A stretch of 64,000 nucleotides of DNA from an uncultured Ectothiorhodospiraceae bacterium (GTDB lineage Bacteria; Pseudomonadota; Gammaproteobacteria; CAYFWJ01): positions 5,939 to 69,938 of the forward strand of contig CAYFWJ010000002.1 of assembly GCA_964346755.1 (NCBI GenBank), given 5' to 3'. This document shows, piece after piece, positions 50,599 through 60,691 of the stretch. The translations under genes were made by a program, and so were the position numbers. Within the stretch, counting starts at the first letter, position 1. Every line of letters starts with the position of its first letter. The notes under the pieces were generated by a model. It saw only the letters and a program-made list of their open reading frames with translations, did not search any database and was not told the DNA's origin.

Positions 50599-51957
50599 CT
50601 ACGGGGTCGGGGGTCCCATGCCTTGACCGAATTGCTTGAGCATGCGCTCCATACCCCCTTTCGAGGCCTTCTTCATGAACTTTTGCATCTGTGTGTGCTG
50701 CTTCAAGAGCCGGTTGACATCCTGGACCTGAGTCCCGGATCCTGCGGCGATGCGGCGTTTGCGTGAGGCCTTGATGAGGGCCGGGTGACGCCGTTCATGG
50801 GGGGTCATCGAGTTGATGATCGCGATCATGCGCCGGACCTCCCGGTCCCCGTCATCGGTGTTCATCGATGCCATGGAGCCGGCCATCTGACCGGGCAACT
50901 TGTCCATGAAGCCCCCCATGCCCCCCATGCGCTGCATCTGCTGAAGCTGCGTTTGGAGATCCCGGAGGTCGAACCCCTTGCCCTTCTTCAGTTTCTTGGC
51001 GAGTCGGTCGGCTTGGTCGTGGTCGACTTGGGACTGGGCCTGCTCGGCGAGGCTGACGATGTCCCCCATGCCGAGGATGCGCGAGGCGACTCGTTCGGGG
51101 TAGAAGGGCTCGAGTGCTTGGGTCTTCTCGCCGACGCCGAGGAATTTGATGGGGGCCCCGGTGACGTGTCGAACGGATAACGCGGCACCCCCTCGGGCAT
51201 CGCCGTCGGTCTTGGTCAGGATGATCCCGGTCAGTGGCAAGGCGTCGTGAAAGGCCTTGGCGCTCGTCACCGCGTCTTGTCCGGTCATGCTGTCGACGAC
51301 GAAGAGGGTCTCAACGGGTTCAAGCCGGCCGTGCAATCCGGACACCTCCGTCATCATCCCCGCGTCCACGTGGAGTCGGCCGGCCGTGTCGACGATCAGC
51401 GCGTCCAGATGGTGGCTGCGGGCGTACGCCAGGGCTCGATCGGCGATCGTATCCGGGGATTCCGTCGAGGCGCTCGGCAGGAATTCGACCCCGGCCTGCT
51501 CGGCGACCGTCGCCAATTGGTCGATGGCCGCCGGGCGGTAGACGTCCGTGCTGACCACGCCGACGCGTTTGCGGCCCTGTTGGGTCAGCCACAGACCGAG
51601 TTTTCCGGCGGTCGTGGTCTTGCCGGCCCCCTGCAGCCCCGCCAGGAGGATCACGGCCGGTGGCTGCGTCTGCAGATTCAGGGCCTCGTTGGTCTTGCCC
51701 ATGACCTGCACGAGTTCGTCGTGCACGATCTTGACAAGGGCTTGGCCGGGGGAGAGGCTTTTGAGCACCTCTTGCCCGACGGCTCGCTCGCGGACCTTGG
51801 CGATGAATTCGCGGACCACGGGCAAGGCGACGTCGGCCTCCAAAAGGGCCATGCGGACATCGCGTAGGGCATCTTTGATATTGTCCTCGGTCAATCGACC
51901 CTGCCCCCGGAGGTGCTTGACGGTCTCGCCGAGGCGTTGACTTAGGCTCTCGAACAT
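50599..51957 (-). CDS. ffh: Signal recognition particle protein Ffh
   Basis: NG domain (GLQGAGKTTT, DTAGR, TKTDGDARGG) and a Met-rich M domain. Confidence 0.95.
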   Translation of the reverse strand: MFESLSQRLGETVKHLRGQGRLTEDNIKDALRDVRMALLEADVALPVVREFIAKVRERAVGQEVLKSLSPGQALVKIVHDELVQVMGKTNEALNLQTQPPAVILLAGLQGAGKTTTAGKLGLWLTQQGRKRVGVVSTDVYRPAAIDQLATVAEQAGVEFLPSASTESPDTIADRALAYARSHHLDALIVDTAGRLHVDAGMMTEVSGLHGRLEPVETLFVVDSMTGQDAVTSAKAFHDALPLTGIILTKTDGDARGGAALSVRHVTGAPIKFLGVGEKTQALEPFYPERVASRILGMGDIVSLAEQAQSQVDHDQADRLAKKLKKGKGFDLRDLQTQLQQMQRMGGMGGFMDKLPGQMAGSMASMNTDDGDREVRRMIAIINSMTPHERRHPALIKASRKRRIAAGSGTQVQDVNRLLKQHTQMQKFMKKASKGGMERMLKQFGQGMGPPTP

Positions 51958-52089
51958 AGCTCGCTTTCCGATTTACAATCCGGCTTCGATCACGCCATTT
52001 TATTGGGCAAAGCGCTCGGATGACACGTCGTGCGATCTTGATCGACTCGCCGACGGATCTCGACCGGTCGCGCCAGGAAGAACCTCTTT

Positions 52090-52908
52090 ATGCTCTCAAT
52101 TGCCTTCGTGCTCATTGCCCTGATCGCCTATCTTACGGCCGCGGCCACGTTGGGCTGGCCCCTGTGGCGTGGCCCTGAGCCCGTCCGCAGGCGCCTCCAT
52201 GTCGGGGGCGCCGTGTTGTTGACCGGGGTTGCATTGGCGGCCCACGGGGCGCTTCTGTGGCAATCGATCTACCTGCACGAAGGCATCAATCTGGGGGTAT
52301 TTAACGCCCTCTCGCTGCTTGGTTGGATGTTGGTGCTCCTGTGGTTGATCGGTCTTTCGACCGAGCCCCTCGAGAACCTCGCCTTGTTCATCTTGCCGCT
52401 CGCCGGCCTCACGGCGATCCTCGGCGAGGTCTTCCCCAGTGATCATCTGGTTCCGGTGGAGGGTCAGCTGGGGCTCGGCTTTCATATCCTCGTCTCCGTC
52501 GTCGCCTACGGCATATTGACCCTGGCCGCGCTGCACGCCGTCGTCGTGGGGATTCAAGATCAGCGATTGCGCGGTCATCGGGCAGGACGGTTTCTGAGGA
52601 CACTCCCTTCGCTGCAGGCGATGGAAAACCTGCTGTTCGAGATGATAATGGCAGGATTTGTGCTGCTGACCTTGAGCCTTCTTAGTGGATTCCTATTCCT
52701 GGAGGATATATTCGCTCAACACCTGGTCCACAAGACCGCTCTATCCATTCTCGCCTGGTTCGTCTTCGGGTCACTCCTCGTCGGTCGAATGGCGGTCGGG
52801 TGGCGCGGCCGAACCGCGATCCGTTGGACTCTGGGTGGATTCGCCAGCCTGATGCTCGCGTACTTCGGCTCTAAGATCGTGCTTGAGTTAATCCTCAACC
52901 GCATCTGA
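52090..52908 (+). CDS. ypjD: Cytochrome c assembly family inner membrane protein YpjD (CcsA-like)
   Basis: Polytopic membrane protein with a W-rich CcsA-like fold. Divergent from ffh, as in E. coli. Confidence 0.75.
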   Translation: MLSIAFVLIALIAYLTAAATLGWPLWRGPEPVRRRLHVGGAVLLTGVALAAHGALLWQSIYLHEGINLGVFNALSLLGWMLVLLWLIGLSTEPLENLALFILPLAGLTAILGEVFPSDHLVPVEGQLGLGFHILVSVVAYGILTLAALHAVVVGIQDQRLRGHRAGRFLRTLPSLQAMENLLFEMIMAGFVLLTLSLLSGFLFLEDIFAQHLVHKTALSILAWFVFGSLLVGRMAVGWRGRTAIRWTLGGFASLMLAYFGSKIVLELILNRI

Positions 52909-53032
52909 TCTTCATCGCGGTGCTCGGCCGGGCGGCTTGAAATTCATCGAGGCTGCCGCCCATCCCCCTTGACAGTTCGTATGTCTGTCAGTCAAATAGC
53001 CCAACATCCTGTTATTTAAGGATTGGAGCTCC

Positions 53033-54319
53033 TTGAACGAGATTCCCACCGGCGCCCTTTTGGGCGTCCTGCTCGTGCTTATCGCCCTGTCGGGTTTTTT
53101 CTCGGGATCCGAAACGGGTCTCATGACGCTCAACCGCTATCGCCTGCGGCATCGCGCCCGGGAGGGTCATCGGGCGGCGCGCCGAACCCAGGCACTATTG
53201 GAGCGGCCGGATCGCCTCATCGGTCTGATCCTCCTCGGCAACAACTTCATCAACATCCTCGCTTCGTCGATCGCCACGTTGATCGCGATCCGCGTATGGG
53301 GTGAGGCCGGCATTACCTTGGCCGCGATGATCCTGACCTTTGTGATCTTGATCTTCGCCGAGGTCGCACCCAAGACCATGGCGGCCCTGCATCCCGAGCG
53401 CTTAGCGTTTCCGGCGGCTTGGGTCTATACCCCTTTACTGCGGATTCTCTACCCCGTGGTCTGGGTCATCAACAGCTTGGCGAATGGCTTGTTACGCCTC
53501 ATTGGGGTGGTGATGCTTGCGGACAGTGGACAAAGCTTGAGTCGCGAAGAGTTGCGCACCGTCGTCAACGAATCGGGCACGCGATTGCCGCCGCGTCATC
53601 GGCAGATGCTGGTCGGTGTGCTCGACCTGGAACAGGTGACGGTCGAAGATATCATGATCCCCCGCAACGAGATGGTCGGGATCGACCTCGATGAGCCGTG
53701 GGAGGATATCCTCGAACAGTTGGTCAATAGCCCGTACACGCGATTGCCCGCCTATCACGGGACCATCGACCACCTCGCGGGCTTTGTCCATCTCCGTCGC
53801 CTCATCCCGCTGCTCAGTCGCGATGAGTTGACCCGCGAGCGTTTGGAACAGAACCTTCAGGATCCCTACTACATACCAGAAAACACGCCGTTAAACAAGC
53901 AGCTACTGAATTTCCAGAAGAGCCGGCGACGCATCGGTGTCCTGGTCGATGAGTACGGGGACATCCGCGGGCTCGTCACGCTCGAAGACATCCTCGAAGA
54001 GATTGTCGGGGAATTCACGACGGATCCGGCCGCTTACAACAAGCATATTCATCCCGAACAGGACGGCAGCTATCTCGTCGACGGCAGCGCCCATGTCCGT
54101 GAGGTCAATCGGGCCCTGCATCTGGATCTCCCCACGGATGGACCCCGAACCCTGAACGGCTTGATCCTCGAATACTTGGAGATGATCCCCGAGCCGGGAA
54201 CCAGTCTACTCATTGCCGGGTACCCCATCGAGATCATCCAGACGAAGGATAATGCTGTCCGGAAGACCCGTATCCAGCCGGGGATGCGCCGCCATGCTTC
54301 CATCTCGTTCCCCCGTTGA
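53033..54319 (+). CDS. HlyC/CorC family transporter (DUF21-CBS pair-CorC_HlyC; YfjD/CNNM-like)
   Basis: N-terminal DUF21 TM domain (FFSGSETGLMTLNRYRL), a CBS pair and a C-terminal transporter-associated domain. Gene order ffh-ypjD-yfjD is conserved with E. coli. Confidence 0.85.
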   Translation: MNEIPTGALLGVLLVLIALSGFFSGSETGLMTLNRYRLRHRAREGHRAARRTQALLERPDRLIGLILLGNNFINILASSIATLIAIRVWGEAGITLAAMILTFVILIFAEVAPKTMAALHPERLAFPAAWVYTPLLRILYPVVWVINSLANGLLRLIGVVMLADSGQSLSREELRTVVNESGTRLPPRHRQMLVGVLDLEQVTVEDIMIPRNEMVGIDLDEPWEDILEQLVNSPYTRLPAYHGTIDHLAGFVHLRRLIPLLSRDELTRERLEQNLQDPYYIPENTPLNKQLLNFQKSRRRIGVLVDEYGDIRGLVTLEDILEEIVGEFTTDPAAYNKHIHPEQDGSYLVDGSAHVREVNRALHLDLPTDGPRTLNGLILEYLEMIPEPGTSLLIAGYPIEIIQTKDNAVRKTRIQPGMRRHASISFPR

Positions 54320-54331
54320 ACGGAGCGGGCC

Positions 54332-55681
54332 GTGGCCAAAGGACGACAACGCTATTACTGCACCGAGTGCGGCCATTCCTTTCTGCAATGGGCGGGTCGT
54401 TGCGCCCACTGTGGGGCGTGGAACAGCCTGGTGGAAACGCCGGAGGCCTCATCGGCGACCCGCGGTTGGGCCGGGGGGACGAATGCCACGGTCTGTTCCC
54501 CGAGCGAGGTACCCCTCGATGAGACCAGCCGGTTGTCGGTCGGGCTCTCGGAGCTCGATCGGGTACTCGGTGGTGGATTAGTCAACGGTTCCGTCATCCT
54601 CCTCGGCGGTGATCCGGGGATCGGTAAGTCGACGCTTTTGATCCAGACCCTGGCGCAACTTCGGGGGACCCGGTCGCTCTACGTCACCGGTGAGGAATCC
54701 CTCACTCAGGTCGTCCTCCGTATCCGGCGGCTTGAGTTGCCCGAGGAGCATCTGCGGTTGGTCATGGAGACCCATCTTGACGCCATCCTTGCCGCGGCCG
54801 ATCGGGAACAGCCGAGTGTCATCGTCGTCGACTCTGTTCAAACCCTATACCGGGACGATCTGAATTCCGCGCCCGGCTCCGTTCCCCAAGTCCGTGAAAG
54901 CACGGCCGAGCTCGTTCGGTATGCCAAGCAAACCGGGCGGACCGTCATCCTCGTGGGACATGTCACCAAAGAAGGTGCGATCGCCGGTCCCCGGGTGCTC
55001 GAGCACATGGTCGATACCGTGCTCTACTTCGAGGGGGAGAGCGGAAGCCGCTTGCGGGTGATCCGCGCAATCAAGAATCGCTTCGGTACCATTAACGAAC
55101 TCGGCGTCTTTGCCATGAGCGAGCGGGGACTTAAACCCGTCTCCAATCCCTCGGCCCTGTTCCTGACGCGCTATGGGCGGGCCGCGGGCGCGGCGGTCAC
55201 CGTCATGCAGGAAGGGACGCGGCCGTTGCTTGTCGAGGTCCAGGCCCTGGTCGAGGAGAGTGCCCTGGCCCAGCCCCGACGCGTTGCGGTCGGTTTCGAT
55301 GGGAATCGGCTTAATCTGTTGTTGGCGGTTCTTCACCGACACGGCGGGGTTCGGCTGTACGGTCAAGATGTCTTTGTCAATGTGGTCGGCGGGCTCCGAC
55401 TGACGGAAACCGCCGTCGACCTCGGCATTCTCTGTGCGATCCTTTCCAGTTTCCGCGACCGGCCCTTGGAGGCGGGTGTCTTCGGGTTCGGCGAGATCGG
55501 GTTGACCGGTGAGCTACGGCCGGTTCCAAACGGCCCGGAGCGACTTCGGGAGGCTGCCAAACACGGCTTCCAGCGAGCCATCGTGCCCCGTGGTAATGCC
55601 CCTAAGGCCAACCAAACCCCATCCGGGCTCGAGGTGGTGCCCGTGACATCGATCGGCGAGGCCCTCGAGGCCGCCCTCTGA
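54332..55681 (+). CDS. radA: DNA repair protein RadA (Sms)
   Basis: C4 zinc finger (CTECGxxxxxWxGRCxxCGAWNS), the RecA-like Walker A GDPGIGKST, KNRFG and a Lon-like C-domain. Confidence 0.95.
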   Translation: MAKGRQRYYCTECGHSFLQWAGRCAHCGAWNSLVETPEASSATRGWAGGTNATVCSPSEVPLDETSRLSVGLSELDRVLGGGLVNGSVILLGGDPGIGKSTLLIQTLAQLRGTRSLYVTGEESLTQVVLRIRRLELPEEHLRLVMETHLDAILAAADREQPSVIVVDSVQTLYRDDLNSAPGSVPQVRESTAELVRYAKQTGRTVILVGHVTKEGAIAGPRVLEHMVDTVLYFEGESGSRLRVIRAIKNRFGTINELGVFAMSERGLKPVSNPSALFLTRYGRAAGAAVTVMQEGTRPLLVEVQALVEESALAQPRRVAVGFDGNRLNLLLAVLHRHGGVRLYGQDVFVNVVGGLRLTETAVDLGILCAILSSFRDRPLEAGVFGFGEIGLTGELRPVPNGPERLREAAKHGFQRAIVPRGNAPKANQTPSGLEVVPVTSIGEALEAAL

Positions 55682-55811
55682 GATGGCGGTTGATCGTGCC
55701 CATCGGTATGCGATTTGACCCCCCTGACGGGTCCAGGTAGTGTCTCCCGTCAAGACGTTGCGTCCGCGCAGACACGACCTGTGAGGCGTACGTAATTGGA
55801 GAGGGGTAGAT

Positions 55812-56051
55812 ATGAGCACAACCCGTGAGGCGGTGGACTTCGATACGCTCATCGCCGAATTGGAGACCCTCGTCGCACGCTTGGAGCAGGGCGACGAGAA
55901 TCTCGAGCAATCGCTGCATGATTTCGAGCGCGGGACGGAACTGGTCAAGCGCTGCCAGCGGGCCCTTGATGCCGCTGAGCAGCGGATCCAGGTGTTACGC
56001 GATGGTGATGATGGGCCGACTTGGACTGACCTCGAAGATGACCGCCGCTGA
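55812..56051 (+). CDS. xseB: Exodeoxyribonuclease VII small subunit
   Basis: 79 aa; XseB helical hairpin pattern (FExxxxELExIVxxLExGDxxLExSLxxFERG). Confidence 0.9.
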   Translation: MSTTREAVDFDTLIAELETLVARLEQGDENLEQSLHDFERGTELVKRCQRALDAAEQRIQVLRDGDDGPTWTDLEDDRR

Positions 56052-56943
56052 TCAACAACTCCACGAGGTGATGCACTACTACCGCGGACGAGTCGATGGG
56101 GTGCTCGAGCACTGGCTTCCGTCGGCCGTACTCAACCCGAATCGCCTCCACGCGGCCATGCGCTACAGTGTGCTGGGCAGTGGCAAGCGCATCCGACCGT
56201 TATTGGTGTATTTCGCCGGGCAGGCCGTGCAAGCCGCGCCGTCCGCCCTCGATGGGCCAGCATGCGTTGTCGAGTTGATTCACGCGTATTCGCTGATTCA
56301 TGATGACTTGCCGGCCATGGACGATGACGATCTCCGCCGTGGACAGCCAACCTGCCACCGGGCCTTCGATGAGGCGACGGCGATCCTCGCCGGTGATGCG
56401 TTGCAGGCCCTCGCATTCCAGATCCTGGCCAGCGATCCCGCCATCGAGGCGACGCCCGAGGATCGCCTCGCCATGATCCATGCCCTTGCGAACGCGGCGG
56501 GCTCCCGCGGCATGGCTGGCGGTCAGGCCATCGATCTGGCCGCGGTCGGTGCCGCATTGGATCTGGCCGAGTTGGAGCATATGCATCTCCACAAGACCGG
56601 TGCCTTGATACGGACCGCCGTCCATCTTGGGGCCTTGAGCCGACCGGGCATCGCACCGACCGAGCAAGACGCCCTCGATCGTTACGCCAAGGCCGTTGGT
56701 CTGGCCTTTCAGATCCGCGACGATATCATCGACATTCGGTCGGATACGGCGACCCTCGGTAAGACGGCCGGCAAGGATACGGAGCACCATAAACCGACCT
56801 ACGTCTCGCTGTTGGGCTTGGACCGCGCGGAGGGGCGTTGCCGCGAGTTACTGGATAGTGCCTTGAGCGATCTGGAGATCCTCGGAGAGCGTGCCCACCT
56901 CCTCGAGCGCCTTGCCCGATTCATCATCGAGCGAGACCATTGA
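56038..56943 (+). CDS. ispA: (2E,6E)-farnesyl diphosphate synthase
   Basis: FARM LIHDDLPAMDDDDLRRG and SARM FQIRDDIID motifs. The start is MTAADQQ at 56038, overlapping the xseB stop. The annotated 372-aa ORF is an out-of-frame-start artefact. Confidence 0.9.
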   Translation: MTAADQQLHEVMHYYRGRVDGVLEHWLPSAVLNPNRLHAAMRYSVLGSGKRIRPLLVYFAGQAVQAAPSALDGPACVVELIHAYSLIHDDLPAMDDDDLRRGQPTCHRAFDEATAILAGDALQALAFQILASDPAIEATPEDRLAMIHALANAAGSRGMAGGQAIDLAAVGAALDLAELEHMHLHKTGALIRTAVHLGALSRPGIAPTEQDALDRYAKAVGLAFQIRDDIIDIRSDTATLGKTAGKDTEHHKPTYVSLLGLDRAEGRCRELLDSALSDLEILGERAHLLERLARFIIERDH

Positions 56944-57097
56944 CGGCTGAGTCCCCGAAGCACTGAAGGGACCATCGGCCGATCAAGGGCCGCGGGCCGA
57001 GAATACCCGGGGACCCGCGAGCCGATCCCTTTGCACCGGCGTCGGCCCCGACCACGCCTTCGCCTCGAAGCCCACCCCGGAGATTCGACAGCACATC

Positions 57098-60000
57098 ATG
57101 GCGACGGACGTCTTGCTTCGTTGGAGCCTTCAGGCAGTATTCGACGGTCCCATCGTGACTCGGCTTCAGGCGGCGCACTCGGCGGATGCCGCATCGGTCA
57201 TCGGGCACGATCTCGGCTTGAAGGGGCCTGAGCTCGCGCTGATCTTCCAAGAGAGTTACGCCTATACCCTGGCGAGCGTCGCGGTGAGTCTCGTCGATCC
57301 GGAGGTTGCAAACCGACAATTCTGGCGTCGGTTGTTGCTCTCAAGCCTGCCGGAGGCCGTTCTCATCGGCATCCAAGACGAGTACTGGTCGCCGTTCGCC
57401 CGTCATCACGGCTTCGGTGCCGATTCCGATCGACAGCTTCGCCACCACGTGGTGCAGAGTTGCTATCGTTTGGCCGAGCAGCGGCAAGCGCTGTTTCCCG
57501 AAGACGGATTCCCGGAGACGATCGGGGGGGAGGCGGTGGTCGGGGCGCTACCGACTCAAGGCCTCAATGATTGGTTGCTGGGTCAGATCCACCACGCGCT
57601 ATCGATCCCACGGGGTATCCTGCACTTCCTCAAGCACCGCCAACTGCTCACGGATGGTTTCTTGTTCTTCGTGCGGGCCCAGTTGCGCGAGGACTCGCGG
57701 GTCTTGAATGCCCTGGGGCGTCTGGAACAGCAAGGCCTCTGGGTGGATCCCTTCGATTTACGCAAGAACTTCGCCGAGGTCGAGGCACGGGTCACCCAAC
57801 GTCTCCCGGCCAACTCCGCCGATGGCCGCGGGGGGCCTTCGGGGGCGGCAGGGGATCTACCGAACCGATTGCGGGAAGGGGTCGAGACCTGGGAACGTCA
57901 CTTCGGCGGGCTCGCGACCTTCTTGCATCGGTTCCAGCCCTGGGCGCAGCTGCCCAGCATCCATCCGGATAATGTGTTGGACACGCTGGATGAACTGATC
58001 CAACGGAATCTCAAGGGGGCCACGGCGACGGGTGAGGCCGACTCGGGCGCGTTCGAGCGCTCCTTCGAGTCGGCCAGCCCCGTCCCCGATGTTCCTCTGC
58101 CGGACGGCACCCAGTTGGAAGCCCTCCGGCAGCGTCTCGAACCCCTACTATTCAAGTACGGTTTGCTGACGCGCCTACGGGCCGGCGATCAATACACCAG
58201 CTTCGATGCCGAGGATCGCAATGGGGTGTTGGAGGCCGATGCCATCCTTCAAACCCTCTCGGAGCAGGCTGAGGGGTACACGGAGACAGGGCTGCTCCTC
58301 GCCAGTGCCCTCTTCGCGCTCGGCGAGTATGATCGCCCGATCGAGCTGCTCGAGCGTATCCGTGAGACGAGTCCTGGGGGGCGTTACCGGGCGCTGGCGA
58401 GTCACAACCTGTTTCAGGTCTACATGGCCCGAGGGGATCTACGCAGCGCCTATCGGGCCTATCGCCTGGCCGCCGAGGCGGATCCGGGGCGCTTTGCCCT
58501 CGTCGACTGGGAGCATTACGAGCCCCAGGAGCTCGAGGTCGCCGATGAAATGGGCTGCCTCTTTATCTGCCGGGATATCCACAACGATCGATTGGTCAGC
58601 ATCCGGACCTTTTGGGATGCGCGCGCGGGCTCGTTGGAGACGGCCTATCAAGAAGCCTTCGTGTTGCGGGAGTCCGCCGAAGAGGCGGTCCCCAAGCCCT
58701 TGGCCTATGGCTATGTCAGCCCCAAGGTTCGCGGTCGGCCGTACCTCGTGACGGACTATCGATCCCAGGCTTGGCATGGGGGTCGATGGTTCCAGGAGCA
58801 CGGGGTGATCGGGACGCAGCAGGCCATTCGGGTCGCCCTGCAGGCGGCCCAGATCCTCGCCACGGCCCATGCTCAGGAGATCTACCACCTTGATCTCAAG
58901 CCCGCCCAAGTCCTCCTGGAGCCTCGGCTTCAGGAGGGTTTTCGGGTGGTCTTGCGGGGCTTCGGTGCGGGCCATATCGGGCGTATCCAGCTGAATCTCC
59001 AAGAAGACCAGCTCATCGCGAATTTCATTAGCGTGGGTCTGAGCTACATGACCCGTGACGAGGAGTCCGGCGATGACGGGACGGCCCCGCCGGAGCACGA
59101 GCGCTTCGGGCAACTGCGCTTCGGGGCGAATCCGTTTGCACCCCCGGAGTTTCGCGGGGAACATCCCGGATTGCCGGGCGTCGCCAGCGATCTATTCGGT
59201 CTCGCGGCCTGCATCCTGTATCTACGCACGGGTCTGTACGCGGAGGAGTTTCATACCTACCAGCCTGCCGAGGGTCCCGAGGCGCGTTTGTTCGAGCAAC
59301 TCCAGCACTGCCTGGAACCCGACCCGGCGAAGCGCCCCAACTCTGCGATGACCCTCGCCGAACGACTGGAGACCCTCGATGGACACAGCCCGGATCTCGA
59401 CCGTTCGACCGCCCGTGCCCCGTCCGTGGGCACACTCAACATGGGCCAGGCCAAACGACTCCAGATCCGGGCCCAAACCCATCCCAACCGGCCCCTGAAG
59501 GCGGTTGCCTACGCCCCGGACGGTCGCCATCTCGCGATCAGCGGCGGGACCTTTCGGGCCCGTGACTATCGGGTCTATCTGTGGGACCTCAATGCGGCGT
59601 GTCTCACAGCGTCACTCGGGGGGCATACCGATACCGTTCAGGCATTGACCTTCAGCCCCGATGGGCGTTGGTTAGCGACCGGCTCCAATGACTTCACGAT
59701 CCGTTTATGGGATCGGAAGCAGGGCAGTTGCGCACGGATCCTGCGCCAGCACTCGGAGCAGGTTAACGGATTGACCTTCTCGCCCGATAGTCGCTACCTG
59801 CTCTCCGCGGGCGGGGACATGACCTTGCGTCTGTGGGCGATTGAGACCGGGCAACTGGTCCGCACCTTCCGCGGGCACACCGATTGGGTGAAGGCTGTGG
59901 CCTTCTCGCGGGACGGACGCCTCATCGCTTCCGGGGCCGCGGATGCGACGCTACGGCTGTGGGACGTCGCCGATGGCAAGCGACTCCAGGTCCTCGGCGA

Positions 60001-60547
60001 TAACCCGAGCTGGGTCCGCAGCGTCGCCTTCTCGCCCGGCGGCGAGCGGATCGCCGCCGCTACCGGTAATCTGGTGCGGATCTGGCAGATCGAGAGCGGG
60101 GAGCTGCTCCATACCCTGGCGGACCACACGGCCACGGTTCGCAGCCTAGTCTACTCGGCCGATGGGCAGTGGCTGGCCTCGGCGAGTAAAGATGGGACGA
60201 TCAAACTCATTCGGACGGCTGATCCCGACGCGGTTGGCTCCTTGGAGGGGCATCTGGCTGCGGTCAACGGGGTAGCCTTCTCGCCGACGGCGCCGCTGCT
60301 TGCCTCCGTGAGCGACGACAAAACGGTCAAGATGTGGGGGTTGGCAGGCGCTCGCGAGCTGGCGGAGCTCATCGTCTTGGAGCGTGATGAATGGATCGTC
60401 GCGACCCCGGAGGGTTATTTCGCGGCGAGTCCGGGGGGCGAGGAATTGGTGCAATTCGTCGTCGACGGGGCAAACGTTGCGACGTCCGAACAAATCGCGC
60501 CCTTTCGCTGGCCGGAGTACGTGGCGACGCGTTTACAATCGCCCTAG
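57098..60547 (+). CDS. Large multidomain protein: N-terminal unassigned/TPR-like region, central degenerate (pseudo)kinase-like domain, C-terminal 7-8-blade WD40 beta-propeller
   Basis: 1149 aa. The C-terminal third carries repeated WD40 units (HTDTVQALTFSPDGRWLATGSNDFTIRLWD, TLRLWAIETG, TLRLWDVADG, LVRIWQIESG, TIKLIRTAD, TVKMWGLAG). The central region has protein-kinase-like catalytic loop remnants HLDLKPAQ (consensus HRDLKPxN) and GFG in place of DFG; no glycine-rich loop is visible. Upstream there are TPR-like helices (ALASHNLFQVYMARGDLRSAYRAYRLAAEADPG). Confidence 0.75.
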   Translation: MATDVLLRWSLQAVFDGPIVTRLQAAHSADAASVIGHDLGLKGPELALIFQESYAYTLASVAVSLVDPEVANRQFWRRLLLSSLPEAVLIGIQDEYWSPFARHHGFGADSDRQLRHHVVQSCYRLAEQRQALFPEDGFPETIGGEAVVGALPTQGLNDWLLGQIHHALSIPRGILHFLKHRQLLTDGFLFFVRAQLREDSRVLNALGRLEQQGLWVDPFDLRKNFAEVEARVTQRLPANSADGRGGPSGAAGDLPNRLREGVETWERHFGGLATFLHRFQPWAQLPSIHPDNVLDTLDELIQRNLKGATATGEADSGAFERSFESASPVPDVPLPDGTQLEALRQRLEPLLFKYGLLTRLRAGDQYTSFDAEDRNGVLEADAILQTLSEQAEGYTETGLLLASALFALGEYDRPIELLERIRETSPGGRYRALASHNLFQVYMARGDLRSAYRAYRLAAEADPGRFALVDWEHYEPQELEVADEMGCLFICRDIHNDRLVSIRTFWDARAGSLETAYQEAFVLRESAEEAVPKPLAYGYVSPKVRGRPYLVTDYRSQAWHGGRWFQEHGVIGTQQAIRVALQAAQILATAHAQEIYHLDLKPAQVLLEPRLQEGFRVVLRGFGAGHIGRIQLNLQEDQLIANFISVGLSYMTRDEESGDDGTAPPEHERFGQLRFGANPFAPPEFRGEHPGLPGVASDLFGLAACILYLRTGLYAEEFHTYQPAEGPEARLFEQLQHCLEPDPAKRPNSAMTLAERLETLDGHSPDLDRSTARAPSVGTLNMGQAKRLQIRAQTHPNRPLKAVAYAPDGRHLAISGGTFRARDYRVYLWDLNAACLTASLGGHTDTVQALTFSPDGRWLATGSNDFTIRLWDRKQGSCARILRQHSEQVNGLTFSPDSRYLLSAGGDMTLRLWAIETGQLVRTFRGHTDWVKAVAFSRDGRLIASGAADATLRLWDVADGKRLQVLGDNPSWVRSVAFSPGGERIAAATGNLVRIWQIESGELLHTLADHTATVRSLVYSADGQWLASASKDGTIKLIRTADPDAVGSLEGHLAAVNGVAFSPTAPLLASVSDDKTVKMWGLAGARELAELIVLERDEWIVATPEGYFAASPGGEELVQFVVDGANVATSEQIAPFRWPEYVATRLQSP

Positions 60548-60691
60548 CGTGGATCTTTGCACGATCCGGCGAGTCGGATAATATCCGAGTCGACAACTCA
60601 AATATTGACGTCAAGGGCGATTGGGCACGTTTCCCATGCGGGAAGCGCCCCGCTAACCCGTCGTCCCCGGCCGAGAGGATTCCCTGGAACT

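Noticed and set aside
55825-56037. Annotated 372-aa ORF fusing the xseB region to ispA
   Set aside because: Its 5' part is an alternative frame across xseB. IspA homology starts at MTAADQQ (56038), which overlaps the xseB stop, the usual xseB-ispA arrangement.
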